Source: Chitinophagaceae bacterium (GTDB lineage: Bacteria > Bacteroidota > Bacteroidia > Chitinophagales > Chitinophagaceae). From it: DNA of 64,000 nucleotides. Position numbers and translations under genes: made by a program. Location of the stretch: NCBI GenBank assembly GCA_021151685.1, contig JAGKWS010000004.1:15800-79799 (forward strand), given 5' to 3'. Under the pieces are notes generated by a model that did not search any database, was not told where the DNA came from, and was given only the letters and a program-made list of their open reading frames with translations. The stretch's first letter is position 1; every line of letters starts with the position of its first letter. Of the stretch, positions 19,971-30,231 are shown in pieces.

Positions 19971-19983
19971 TATTCATTTTACT

Positions 19984-20010
19984 GATCCGGACAGTTCTGC
20001 TGTCCGGATC
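19984..20010. other. Intra-operon stem-loop without U-tract
   Basis: gatccggacag-ttctg-ctgtccggatc, perfect 11-bp stem. Confidence 0.7.
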
Positions 20011-20033
20011 ATAACAATAACTACTTAATTTTT

Positions 20034-21113
20034 ATGAAACAGGGATCAGTAAAATCAATCATAACAATACTGGCTGTAAGTTCTGCACTTACAGCGGTAG
20101 CTGGCAACAAAGACCGTTCTGGTCAGGCTGGTGCTGGTGAAATGAACATCAATCCGTGGGCTCGTTCAACTGGTTTGTTTGGTACTAATACACCGTATGT
20201 TACCGGTGTTGAAGCAATGAAATCTAACATTGCCGGTTTGGCCAACCTTACTGGTACAGAAATAGGCGTTTCGCGCGGCGAATATCTGAGCGGTACTGGC
20301 ATCAACATTAACAATATTGCTGTCGGACAGAAGTTGGGCGAATCTGGTTCTATTGGCCTGAACCTTATGTCTATGAACTTTGGCGAAATTACCAGTACCA
20401 CGTATGACATGCCAGAAGGTTTGGGTACTTTTCGTCCTCAGTTTCTGAACATTACTTTGGGTTATGCCAAGCAATTTTCATCGCACGTAAATGCGGGTGC
20501 TGCCATGACATATGTAACTGAGCAGGTGGGTAACATTGCCGCTTTGGGTGTTGCATTTGAAGGTGGTATACAGTATGTAACCGGCAAACGCGATAATTTT
20601 CATTTTGGCATCACATTGCGCAATTTGGGTAGCAATATGCGTTTCAGTGGTACGGGTTTTGCAGTGAACGCAGAAAAGCCACAGAGTAACCCATCTTACG
20701 TAGTTTCTCAGCAGTTTCCTGCCGATAAGTTTTCTATGCCTACCTACCTCAATTTCGGTGTGGCTTATGATTTTTACCTGGATGAAGCTCATTTGGAGAA
20801 GGATGGTGTTTCTAAGCACAAATTGACTGGTATGTTCAACTTCCAATCTAACTCGTTCAATAACGATTATCTTGGTTTGGGTGCTGAATATGGATTCAAA
20901 GATATGGTGATGCTACGTGCTGCATACCGTTACGAAAAAGGTATTGGAAACATTGAAAAGAGTACTACTATGTACTCTGGTCTTGCCTTGGGTGCTACTG
21001 TACAGAAGCGTTTTGGTGACAAAGGGCCATTGGTTGCACTTGATTATTCGTTCCGCTCTACGCAACGCCCGGCTAATGGTGTGCACATGTTCTCAATCCG
21101 TTTTACACGATAA
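20034..21113 (+). CDS. PorV/PorQ-family outer-membrane beta-barrel (PorV paralog)
   Basis: N-terminal L.INPWARSTGL motif, NIAGLA, alternating beta strands, aromatic C-terminus; same layout as porV at 30232. Confidence 0.8.
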   Translation: MKQGSVKSIITILAVSSALTAVAGNKDRSGQAGAGEMNINPWARSTGLFGTNTPYVTGVEAMKSNIAGLANLTGTEIGVSRGEYLSGTGININNIAVGQKLGESGSIGLNLMSMNFGEITSTTYDMPEGLGTFRPQFLNITLGYAKQFSSHVNAGAAMTYVTEQVGNIAALGVAFEGGIQYVTGKRDNFHFGITLRNLGSNMRFSGTGFAVNAEKPQSNPSYVVSQQFPADKFSMPTYLNFGVAYDFYLDEAHLEKDGVSKHKLTGMFNFQSNSFNNDYLGLGAEYGFKDMVMLRAAYRYEKGIGNIEKSTTMYSGLALGATVQKRFGDKGPLVALDYSFRSTQRPANGVHMFSIRFTR

Positions 21114-21135
21114 GCTAATTTTACTTACTTTTACA

Positions 21136-21175
21136 GCGCAACGCTTCTGTGAACCAGAGGCGTTGTGTTTTTTTT
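21136..21175 (+). terminator. Rho-independent terminator
   Basis: gcgcaacgcttctg/cagaggcgttgtgt stem followed by a T run. Confidence 0.8.
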
Positions 21176-21199
21176 CAGTAAATACTAAATGATAAGCAC

Positions 21200-21673
21200 A
21201 TGTCTGAATTGAACTACCTGACGAAGGAAACGCTGATGCAAATGAAGGAAGAGCTGATCAAATTGAAAGGCGTAGGCAGGGCGGAAATTGCACGGCAGAT
21301 AGCTGAGGCACGAGAGAAGGGTGACCTGAAAGAGAATGCTGAGTATGATGCAGCGAAAGAGGCACAGGGCTTGCATGAGGCAAAAATTGCCCAGCTGGAG
21401 TCTGCCATCATTACAGCGCGCGTTATTGATGCTAAGGATATAGACATTAGTAAAGTGTCAATTCTTAGTAAGGTAACTGTTACTAATATTGCCAACAACA
21501 AGACTGTTGTATATCAGATAGTTTCTGAAAAAGAAGCCGATTTGAAATTGGGCAAGATTTCATCTACCTCGCCTATTGGAAGGGGCCTTTTGGGCAAGCA
21601 AATAGGTGATGTGGCCGAGATACAAGTGCCCAGTGGTAAGTTCACTTTTCGTGTAGAGAATATATCAATATAG
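21200..21673 (+). CDS. greA: Transcription elongation factor GreA
   Basis: AREKGDLKENAEYDAAKE and SPIGRGLLG motifs. Confidence 0.96.
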   Translation: MSELNYLTKETLMQMKEELIKLKGVGRAEIARQIAEAREKGDLKENAEYDAAKEAQGLHEAKIAQLESAIITARVIDAKDIDISKVSILSKVTVTNIANNKTVVYQIVSEKEADLKLGKISSTSPIGRGLLGKQIGDVAEIQVPSGKFTFRVENISI

Positions 21674-21677
21674 TTGT

Positions 21678-22079
21678 ATGGGTTCCAGCATTTTTTCTAA
21701 AATAATTGCCGGCGAAATTCCCAGCTATAAGATTGCTGAAAATGAGCTCTTTTTCGCTTTCCTTGATATTTTTCCTTTGCGTAAAGGACATGTATTGATT
21801 GTGCCTAAGCAGGAAACTGACAAATTCTTTGACCTTGATGATACATTCCTTGGTCAATGGTTGCTTTTTGCTAAACCTATTGCTACTGCAATAGAATGTG
21901 CATATTCTTGCAACCGTTGCGGCATCAGCGTTGTTGGTTTGGAAGTACCCCATGCGCATATGCATTTGGTGCCTATAGACACGGCTGATGATTTGAATTT
22001 TACACGCCCAAAGCTACAAGTGAGCAGCGAAGAACTGAAAGAGAGTCAGCAATTGATTACGTCTTTTTTGCACCGGTAA
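21678..22079 (+). CDS. HIT-family hydrolase
   Basis: SIFSKIIAGEIP, GHVLIVPK, histidine triad VPHAHMHL. Confidence 0.92.
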   Translation: MGSSIFSKIIAGEIPSYKIAENELFFAFLDIFPLRKGHVLIVPKQETDKFFDLDDTFLGQWLLFAKPIATAIECAYSCNRCGISVVGLEVPHAHMHLVPIDTADDLNFTRPKLQVSSEELKESQQLITSFLHR

Positions 22080-22170
22080 TAGTTACCAATATTGTTAAAC
22101 TATTATCAGCATTCAACTTTGGATTTTTGCCAATAGTATATTTGCCAGCATAGAAAAATACACGCTTGAG

Positions 22171-22905
22171 TTGAAATACAGGACTGCGTTATTGATAGTT
22201 TTTTTGGTGGTATTTGCCGACCAGGCACTGAAAATATACATCAAAACCCATTTTGCCAACGGCGACGATGTGCGCATTATTGGTGATTGGTTCAGGCTTC
22301 ATTTTATAGAAAATGAGGGGATGGCATATGGTATGAAGTTGAGCGAGTCTCCTATAGGAAAGATTGTGCTTTCCTCATTCCGTTTGATTGCTGTGTTTGC
22401 TGGTTTCTTTTTCATGAAGCGTTTGGTAAACAAAGGATATTCAAAGGGTTTGCTGATATGTGGTTCTCTTGTTTTGGCGGGTGCTTTGGGAAATTTGCTG
22501 GATAGTATGTTTTATGGGCTCATTTTTACAGAGAGCCCTTATTCTTGTTTTTCGGGCAATTACGATAGTATCACTTCTCTATTGCGCGACCATAATAAGG
22601 ATGCTGTGGCAAGTTTTACCAGTTTTGGAACAGGTTATGGTCATTTCCTTACCGGTAAGGTGGTAGATATGTTCTACTTTCCTGTTATCAGTACTACATT
22701 ACCAACATGGGTGCCGTTTTGGGGTGGTGGCAGTTTTGTGTTTTTTGAGCCAGTTTTTAATATAGCCGATGCGGCTATTTCCATCGGCATCATTACGCTT
22801 TTGCTGTTTCAGAAGAAATTGTTGGAGATGCCTTCTGAGGCCATAGAAAGTGGGAGTAACAGCGAACAACATTCTTCAAAAGAGTCTGGTTTAGATTTAC
22901 AGTAA
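22171..22905 (+). CDS. lspA: Lipoprotein signal peptidase II
   Basis: DQALK, ENEGMAYG, GALGNLLD, VVDM, FNIADAAI. TTG start; TATATTTG -7 box at 22137-22144. Confidence 0.93.
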   Translation: MKYRTALLIVFLVVFADQALKIYIKTHFANGDDVRIIGDWFRLHFIENEGMAYGMKLSESPIGKIVLSSFRLIAVFAGFFFMKRLVNKGYSKGLLICGSLVLAGALGNLLDSMFYGLIFTESPYSCFSGNYDSITSLLRDHNKDAVASFTSFGTGYGHFLTGKVVDMFYFPVISTTLPTWVPFWGGGSFVFFEPVFNIADAAISIGIITLLLFQKKLLEMPSEAIESGSNSEQHSSKESGLDLQ

Positions 22906-22921
22906 TTCAATTGTACGCATT

Positions 22922-23242
22922 ATGGATGCACTGCAAGAACAAGAAAATGATGGTCTGTTGCCTGTTACCGTATGGCTGGCTGGCCGCAGTTACAGGTTGC
23001 GTGTAAAACCGGATGAAGAGTCGCAGGTGCGCAAAGCGGTGAAGCTGGCAGACCAAAAGATAACTGAATTGCGTACACACCTTGCTGGTAAGGATGATCA
23101 GGATTTTTTGGCTATGTGTCTTTTGATGTATGCTGCAGACACCGCTATTGATGTGTTTAACAATCCACTGTTGCACCAAGAACTAAAGCAAATTGGCGAT
23201 AAAATAGACCGTACTCTGCAGGCAATGCCAGAAGGTGATTAG
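22922..23242 (+). CDS. zapA: Cell division protein ZapA
   Basis: V.LAGRSYRLRV...E..VRKA...D.QD.LAM pattern; typical size. Confidence 0.85.
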   Translation: MDALQEQENDGLLPVTVWLAGRSYRLRVKPDEESQVRKAVKLADQKITELRTHLAGKDDQDFLAMCLLMYAADTAIDVFNNPLLHQELKQIGDKIDRTLQAMPEGD

Positions 23243-24531
23243 GTGTGGAGTGCGGCTGCCATTATTTCCATTTTAGAGCCTCGGGAGCCTTTTATCAGTA
23301 TACTACAGTTGGTTGGCGTTTCTTGTGCTATGTATTGTGCTGCGGCATTGCTATCTGCGAACCATAGGAATGGGTGTTCTATGGTGGCAAATTCTTGGCC
23401 TACCAATATGACCTGATGCCAGTTTTGTTGCATAACAAAGGCTATTAGTTCTTTGTGCTCTTGCTTTTCGTCTGCACCCATTTCTTTCATTCCGCCCAGC
23501 CAAAGGCATTTATTGGGCAATTCTGTATTTATAAAGTTTGTGATGGCGGCCCGCATGCTGGTTGGGTTTGCATTATAGGCATCCATTATCAGGTTATTAG
23601 TGCCCTTTTGCATCCATTGCGAACGGCTATTGTCGGGCTGATACTTTTCTATTGCTGCAGTTATGTTTTTGGCAGCGACATTAAAGAATAAACCCACCGC
23701 TACTGCGCTCATTACATTGGCAAAATTGTAGGCACCGGCCAAATGGGTTTTTATGTATTCTGCTCTATTTTCTGCTTCATATTTTACCGTCAGAAACACG
23801 CCTTCCATGCTGGCCGTTCCCTTGTATTGTGCGAGTGCTTCGCTGCCATATGTTATTTGTTTTGCGGTATGCTGTGCCATATTTTCCAGATAGGGTAGGT
23901 CGGCATTTCTGAATATAACGCCATTGTTTTGCCTTAAGAAAGCATACAGCTCGCCTTTGCCTTTTCTTACTCCTTCTTCGCCGCCAAAGCCTTCTATATG
24001 CGCTTTGCCGCAATTGGTAATAAGGCCGTGTGTTGGGGCCGCTATGGTACAATAGCTTTCTATTTCCTTTTGGTGATTGGCTCCCATTTCTATTACTGCA
24101 ATTTCGGTATCGAACGGCATATGTAGCAGGGTTAATGGTACGCCTATGTGGTTGTTCAGGTTGCCATCGGTAGCATGTGTGCGGTATGTGGTTTGCAGCA
24201 CCTGTGTCACCAGTTCTTTAGTAGTTGTTTTTCCGTTAGACCCTGTTATGGCCAGCACTGGTATGTTCATTTGCATGCGGTGATAGTGGGCCAGGTGTTG
24301 TAGCGTCTGTAATACATCTGTAGTGAGGATACACCGGTTATCTGTAGCAAAGGCAGGGTTGTCTATTATGGCATAGGCGGCACCTTGTTGCAGTGCTACT
24401 GTAGCATAGCTGTTTCCATCGAAGTTGGGGCCTTTTAATGCGAAGAAGATACCGCCAGCCTGCACTTTGCGAGTGTCTGTAAACACGATTGGATGCATTT
24501 TGTACAGTTCGTATAGCTCTTCTATTGGCAT
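23239..24531 (-). CDS. murF: UDP-MurNAc-tripeptide:D-Ala-D-Ala ligase
   Basis: ITGSNGKTTTKE, NLNNHIGVP, EMGANH, DAYNANP, IKGSR. Confidence 0.95.
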   Translation of the reverse strand: MPIEELYELYKMHPIVFTDTRKVQAGGIFFALKGPNFDGNSYATVALQQGAAYAIIDNPAFATDNRCILTTDVLQTLQHLAHYHRMQMNIPVLAITGSNGKTTTKELVTQVLQTTYRTHATDGNLNNHIGVPLTLLHMPFDTEIAVIEMGANHQKEIESYCTIAAPTHGLITNCGKAHIEGFGGEEGVRKGKGELYAFLRQNNGVIFRNADLPYLENMAQHTAKQITYGSEALAQYKGTASMEGVFLTVKYEAENRAEYIKTHLAGAYNFANVMSAVAVGLFFNVAAKNITAAIEKYQPDNSRSQWMQKGTNNLIMDAYNANPTSMRAAITNFINTELPNKCLWLGGMKEMGADEKQEHKELIAFVMQQNWHQVILVGQEFATIEHPFLWFADSNAAAQYIAQETPTNCSILIKGSRGSKMEIMAAALHT

Positions 24532-24555
24532 AGTAGGTTGTTTTTGTAAAAATAA

Positions 24556-24584
24556 AAATCCCCTTCCAAACTGGAAGGGGATTT
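24556..24584 (-). terminator. Terminator after gldJ
   Basis: aaatccccttcca-aac-tggaaggggattt, 13-bp stem with T-rich tail on the minus strand. Confidence 0.75.
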
Positions 24585-24603
24585 GCTATAGAATATTGGA
24601 ATA

Positions 24604-26148
24604 TTAGCGTTTGTGATACTTCTGGCGACCAAACGAGTTGCCTCCGGGTTGTACATCGCCTGTTGGGCTACCCAAACGGTCCATCACACAACGGAAGCCG
24701 ATTGTTGATGTAGACATGTCGCCCTGAATGTAGCGGCGTGTGCCGGGTGATAGCCAATATGCGCGGTCTGCCCATGAACCCCCTTTGTACACCTTAGTAG
24801 AATCATTGATGAGGGACATTTCGCCATACTTGTACTGTGACTGAGATACACGGTCTCCATCGCGGTAGCTGTGTAGGTTAGTGGTATCGGTACGATTTTC
24901 GTATCGTTGGTACGATGAAAGTCCATCGAATGGTACTCTTTCCATAGGTATGTGACCTATGCTGTCTTTTTCTTCCAGCGTATAATCTTCCTGAGACTTG
25001 TAGCGCATGTATTCGTTACCACGGAATGGACGATAGTCGTTTACGTCGGTATGATTGTTAGGACGGTAAGTGTCCATTACCCATTCGTTTACGTTACCTG
25101 CCATGTTGTACAAACCAAATGCGTTGCGCAAGAATTGGTTTACTTGTGTTGGTCCGTCGGCATTGTCGTTCAGACCACCGGCAACACCCATATAGTCGCC
25201 TTTGCCACGCATGAAGTTGCCTTCAAATTCGCCTTGGAACTGGTTGTGCAAACCATAGCGAGTAGTGTTTTTGGGCCCAAATGGATATACGTTACGATCT
25301 GTAATTACTTCCTCGCCACGGCGGCGTTTGTTTTCGGGACTTGGGTTGTTACCAATGAGACCCAGTGCTGCATATTCCCACTCGGCTTCTGTAGGTAGGC
25401 GGAAGTCTGGTACAAACAATCCATCGCCGTAGTCAACTGGTCTTTCTCCAGATCCGTTTGGTTCCAAATCGGTCTTTTTGCTACGTCTGCTACCACCGTA
25501 TTGGCCAGCAATGTAAGATTTTGTATTGAATACGTCCTCACCGCTTTGGTTTACGTTGGTGTATTGGTACCCGGCACGCACCAGCAACATTTCGTTGTAG
25601 CGGTCGGTACGCCATTCGCAATAATCATTGGCTTGGTACCAGTTTACACCAACTACAGGGTAATGGTTGTAGGCGTTGAAGTTGAAGTAGTTCTTAACGT
25701 ACGGTTCGTTGTAGCTCATTGCAGACCTCCATACGGTTTGATCGGGCATTGCACGGAGATACATTTCTGGATAATCGGTGAAGTATGTTCTCTTTACCCA
25801 GTGTGTATATTCGCGGTAGCTTTCATTTTCCAGTTCGGTTTCGTCCATATAAAAAGACGAAACAGTAACCGTACGCCGTGTATTGTTGTATTCCAAAGTC
25901 GGCATTTCGTCGTCAACGGCACCCATAGTAAATCTGCCTCCCTGTACAAAGACCATACCCGATGGTGTGGGTTGTCCTTCGAATTCTTTCACCTCGAAGC
26001 CGCCCCAACCACTGTTGTTGCGCTCCCAGCCTGTTGTCTTGGAGATAGAACCACCCTTGCCCTTTTTTACAGACTGTGGTGTACAAGCCGAAAAATATGT
26101 AGCCGCCCCTATACAGAGCAAGCTTAAGCCTATGAGTTGTCTTTTCAT
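24604..26148 (-). CDS. gldJ: Gliding motility lipoprotein GldJ (FGE-sulfatase domain)
   Basis: Lipobox FSAC; RLPTEAEWEYAA, GLYNMAGNVNEW, GFRC. murF-gldJ-porU-porV synteny is known in Bacteroidota. Confidence 0.85.
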   Translation of the reverse strand: MKRQLIGLSLLCIGAATYFSACTPQSVKKGKGGSISKTTGWERNNSGWGGFEVKEFEGQPTPSGMVFVQGGRFTMGAVDDEMPTLEYNNTRRTVTVSSFYMDETELENESYREYTHWVKRTYFTDYPEMYLRAMPDQTVWRSAMSYNEPYVKNYFNFNAYNHYPVVGVNWYQANDYCEWRTDRYNEMLLVRAGYQYTNVNQSGEDVFNTKSYIAGQYGGSRRSKKTDLEPNGSGERPVDYGDGLFVPDFRLPTEAEWEYAALGLIGNNPSPENKRRRGEEVITDRNVYPFGPKNTTRYGLHNQFQGEFEGNFMRGKGDYMGVAGGLNDNADGPTQVNQFLRNAFGLYNMAGNVNEWVMDTYRPNNHTDVNDYRPFRGNEYMRYKSQEDYTLEEKDSIGHIPMERVPFDGLSSYQRYENRTDTTNLHSYRDGDRVSQSQYKYGEMSLINDSTKVYKGGSWADRAYWLSPGTRRYIQGDMSTSTIGFRCVMDRLGSPTGDVQPGGNSFGRQKYHKR

Positions 26149-26416
26149 AATTTCACAAGAAAGTTATGCTTACTGCCGATATTCATTGCTAAAGCAGTTA
26201 CAATGATACCGCGTTCTTTTTAGATTTTCAAGTATTCGAACCCTTTTTACCAAAAAAAGTCCATTTTTTATTTTTTCAACGTGTAATATAACCCTTTATG
26301 ATACGTTAAATTATGGTAATGGCTGAAATGGCACATTTTTCTGTGAAACCAGCACAATTACGTAATTTTGATGTAACCACTATTTGCCTGCGGGGGCAAT
26401 ATCTCGTACAAAAGTG

Positions 26417-29400
26417 ATGAAAAAACTGATTCCTACCCTTGTCTTGTTTCTTAACTATGGTATACCCACTGCATGGGCTAAAGTGGAAGACTGCATAGTA
26501 AATAAGTCTGAAGTATATAATGGTTACATTGTTCGTAAATTTTCGTTGCAAACTACCGAAACACCGGAAGTAGTGTTGGAAGACGAGCATTTTGCACCAG
26601 TGGCCAGCAGTGCCGCCACAAACATAGCTACTGGTATACAAGTCTCTGTAGGTATGGAAAAGAAGCAGCCGATAGCTGTGGTGCGCATACCGGCATATGT
26701 AAAAGATGCATCGGGCAATGTGCAGATGCGTACCAGTTTTAGGTTGCGAATTTCTGAAAAGGAAGCTGCAACCATAACTACTGCTGCCAAACCTACGGGT
26801 AGCGATGTGAGGGAGTCTGCACTGAATACGGGTACCTGGTATCGCATTGGCATAACCCGTACAGGTTTTTTCAAAATTACTTCTTCCTTCATTAGCTCTA
26901 TGGGGGTAAACCCCGCGCAGGTCAATCCGGCCAATATTCGCATATATGGTAATGGTGGGCGTATGCTGCCCGAGCAAAATTTCTTGCCCCGCGCTTCCGA
27001 CCTTGTAGAGAATGCTATAGAAGTACGTGACGATGGTAATGGTATTATGAACGAGGGTGACTATGCTGTATTTTACGGCATGGGGCCCACTGGTTGGGAT
27101 GCGGATAGTGCTAACGACAAGTTTGTACACCAGAAAAATTTGTATTCCGACACGGCTTATTATTTTATTACATTTGATAAAGGGGCAGGCAAACGCGTAG
27201 CGACGCAAAATGCTACAGGCACCGGCAATACTACTGTTACCGAGTACAGCTTTTATGATGTGTGGGAAAAGGATCTGGTGAACCCTGCCGGGTATGGCAA
27301 AAACTGGTACGGCGAGCAGTTCAATCCGCTTGCAGGCAACCTTACGCAAAACTTTCCAATTTCTTTCGGTAGTCAGGCATCGCGTACCAAAATAAAGCTG
27401 AGTGCCGGATTGCAGGGAAATGCGCCCTGTAGTTTCAATTTTTCTGTGAATGGAGTTTATACAGGCAATTTGCCCATCAATACTGGTGTGAGTGAGAATG
27501 TGGCTATGGTATACCGTAGTGGCGAGTGGACTACCACCACGCCTGCTACCGGTGCCAACATATCTATGACATTTGTGCCGACATCTGGTGCTGTAGGCTA
27601 CCTTGACTACATAGAGGTAAACGCACGTTGCCAGTTGGCCATTACTGCCGACCAGCTATCTTTCCGCGACATCAGAAGTTATGGTGTGGGTAAAGTAGCC
27701 ACTTATCAGTTGCAGGGTGCCAATGGCAATACCCGCGTGTGGGATGTGACAGACCCGTACAATGCTGTAAGGCTCAACGGTAGTTTGGGCGGTAGTACCT
27801 ACACTTTTACGCAGGATGCTGCTATACTGCACGAGTTTGCCGCTACCAACAGCGACAACCTTTACACCCCTGTTTATTCTGGTACAGTGGGCAATCAGAA
27901 CCTGCATGGGTTGGGGCCGGTTGATAACATTATTGTCAGCCACCCATTGTTTGTGCCCTATGCCGAGGATTTGGCCAACTATCACCGCACACACGACAAT
28001 ATGCGGGTAATAGTGGTAACACCACAAGCCATATACAACGAATTTTCGTCGGGGGCACAAGACATCAGTGCCATACGCGACTTTGTGAAGATGTTCTACG
28101 ACCGTGCCGGTACCGATGTATCGCAGATGCCACAATACCTTACCTTGTTTGGTGCCGCATCATACGATTACAAAGACAGATTGCCCAATAACTCGAATTT
28201 TGTACCTGTTTTTGAGTCGGCCGAATCTTCGCTGAGCCTTGCAGCCTTTATGACCGATGATTTTTATGGATTTCTTGACGACAGAGAATATATAGAGGAT
28301 GTGCTGAAGCTGAATGTGCTGGATATAGGTATAGGGCGGTTGCCTGCGCGCAATGTGCAGGATGCGGCTACACTGGTAGCCAAAATAAAGGGATATAAAT
28401 CGCCTGCAACTCTGGGGCCATGGCGGCTGGCATCTACCATAGTGGCCGATAATGCGGATGGTGCCGGCGACCATATGAATGATGGAGAGGAAATGGCAGC
28501 ACACATTACGGCTACTACGCACAACCTGTATAACCACGGTAAAATATACATTGATGCCATTCCGGTTATTAGTACGCCGGCGGGGCCGCGGTGCCCCAAT
28601 GGCAGTGCGGCACTTTCGGACAGGGTGTATAAGGGTACCATGCTCATTAACTACAGTGGCCATGGCAATACACAGGTATGGGCCGAGGAGCGTCTGCTGA
28701 CTCCGGATGACTTCAATAAGTGGAATAATGCCAATATGCTACCATTTATGGTGACAGCCACCTGCGATTATGGTCAGTACGATCATCCCCAATATGTATC
28801 GGCCGGTGAGCAGCAAGTTTTGCACAAGGGTGGTGGTGTTATTTCTATGCTTACCACCACGGCTGCAGTATATGCTACCTACAACAATCCGCTGAATGAA
28901 CTGTATCTGAAAACACAACTTACACAGAAGAGCGATGGTAAGTGGCATAGCTTTGGTGAAGCTGCCCGTATTGGTAAAAATGCCACTTACGCCATTTCTG
29001 TAAATGGCAGCCAACTGGCCAATTACCGCAAGTTTGCGTTGCTTGGCGACCCTGCACTTACTCCTAACTTCCCCGAGTATTTTGTAGCAGTAGACAGCGT
29101 GACCGATGTAGCCATTAACGAACCTGCCGATACCATAAAGGCACTGGGTGCCTACCGGGTTACCGGGCACCTGCACAATGCCAATGGTGCCTTGTTGTCG
29201 GACTTTAATGGCATTTTGTCGGCTTCCATATTCGACAAACCCCGCACCATAACTACCATTACAGCTGCCAACAAAACCTTTAAGCTACAAGATAATCTGG
29301 TATACAAGGGGAAAGTGAGTGTGACTGGTGGCCGCTATACCTATACATTTATAGCTCCCAAAGACATAAATTATAACTATGGTACGGGCAAAATAAGCTC

Positions 29401-30145
29401 TTATGCGCATAATGGCGTTACCGATGGTGCTGGTGCCGATACGTCTGTAACCATTGGTGGTTTCTCGGACAATCCGGTTTACAGCGATGTTGCCCCTATT
29501 GTGAAGCCATACATCAGCGATAGTATGTTTCAGAATGGTGGGGTGACGGGTACCAATACATCTTTGTACGTAGCACTGTACTCAGAAACGGGCATCAATG
29601 TGTCTGGCAACAAGCTGGGGCACGACCTTACTGCCGTACTGGATGGCAATATTGAGCAACCCTATATATTGAACGATTACTATGAGACTGCCCCCAATAC
29701 CTACCAGCGAGGTTTTGTTAATTTTCCTATTAATGGTATACCCAATGGCCGTCACACCATCAGGGTAAAGGCATGGGATGTAAACAACAACTCGGGCGAG
29801 GGTACGGTAGACTTTGTAGTGATGGATGGTAAGGTAATGGCCATAGAAAATTTGGGCAATTACCCCAACCCTTTCAGCAACTTTACCCGTTTTGTATTTG
29901 AGCATAACCACCCCGATGAAGAACTGGATGTAAAAATCAACATTTACAATGCAGCCGGTGCGCAGGTAAGAGGTATAGAGCAACAGTTTACCCCCAGTGG
30001 TAGCCGTTCTGCCGAAATTACGTGGGATGGCACCACCGATAATGGTGAAATATTGCCATCGGGCATGTATGTTTATCGTCTGATGATAACAACTTCCAAA
30101 GGTTATCACTCATCGGCATACCAAAAAATGGTGATTGTGCGTTAA
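26417..30145 (+). CDS. porU: T9SS sortase PorU (peptidase C25)
   Basis: YGNGGRML, GRLPA, His-Cys dyad INYSGHG/MVTATCD, LLGDPAL, C-terminal CTD NYPNPFS. Start at ATG 26417 (track 26384). Confidence 0.93.
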   Translation: MKKLIPTLVLFLNYGIPTAWAKVEDCIVNKSEVYNGYIVRKFSLQTTETPEVVLEDEHFAPVASSAATNIATGIQVSVGMEKKQPIAVVRIPAYVKDASGNVQMRTSFRLRISEKEAATITTAAKPTGSDVRESALNTGTWYRIGITRTGFFKITSSFISSMGVNPAQVNPANIRIYGNGGRMLPEQNFLPRASDLVENAIEVRDDGNGIMNEGDYAVFYGMGPTGWDADSANDKFVHQKNLYSDTAYYFITFDKGAGKRVATQNATGTGNTTVTEYSFYDVWEKDLVNPAGYGKNWYGEQFNPLAGNLTQNFPISFGSQASRTKIKLSAGLQGNAPCSFNFSVNGVYTGNLPINTGVSENVAMVYRSGEWTTTTPATGANISMTFVPTSGAVGYLDYIEVNARCQLAITADQLSFRDIRSYGVGKVATYQLQGANGNTRVWDVTDPYNAVRLNGSLGGSTYTFTQDAAILHEFAATNSDNLYTPVYSGTVGNQNLHGLGPVDNIIVSHPLFVPYAEDLANYHRTHDNMRVIVVTPQAIYNEFSSGAQDISAIRDFVKMFYDRAGTDVSQMPQYLTLFGAASYDYKDRLPNNSNFVPVFESAESSLSLAAFMTDDFYGFLDDREYIEDVLKLNVLDIGIGRLPARNVQDAATLVAKIKGYKSPATLGPWRLASTIVADNADGAGDHMNDGEEMAAHITATTHNLYNHGKIYIDAIPVISTPAGPRCPNGSAALSDRVYKGTMLINYSGHGNTQVWAEERLLTPDDFNKWNNANMLPFMVTATCDYGQYDHPQYVSAGEQQVLHKGGGVISMLTTTAAVYATYNNPLNELYLKTQLTQKSDGKWHSFGEAARIGKNATYAISVNGSQLANYRKFALLGDPALTPNFPEYFVAVDSVTDVAINEPADTIKALGAYRVTGHLHNANGALLSDFNGILSASIFDKPRTITTITAANKTFKLQDNLVYKGKVSVTGGRYTYTFIAPKDINYNYGTGKISSYAHNGVTDGAGADTSVTIGGFSDNPVYSDVAPIVKPYISDSMFQNGGVTGTNTSLYVALYSETGINVSGNKLGHDLTAVLDGNIEQPYILNDYYETAPNTYQRGFVNFPINGIPNGRHTIRVKAWDVNNNSGEGTVDFVVMDGKVMAIENLGNYPNPFSNFTRFVFEHNHPDEELDVKINIYNAAGAQVRGIEQQFTPSGSRSAEITWDGTTDNGEILPSGMYVYRLMITTSKGYHSSAYQKMVIVR

Positions 30146-30167
30146 GCTTTTGATAGCAATATTTTTG

Positions 30168-30198
30168 TTGACGAAATGGGTGAAAAAGAATATTTTTG
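30168..30198 (+). promoter_or_regulatory. sigma-A promoter for porV
   Basis: TTG, 20-nt spacer, TATTTTTG (30191-30198). Confidence 0.55.
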
Positions 30199-30231
30199 CT
30201 CAACATTAGATTAAATATAATAAATCAAACA

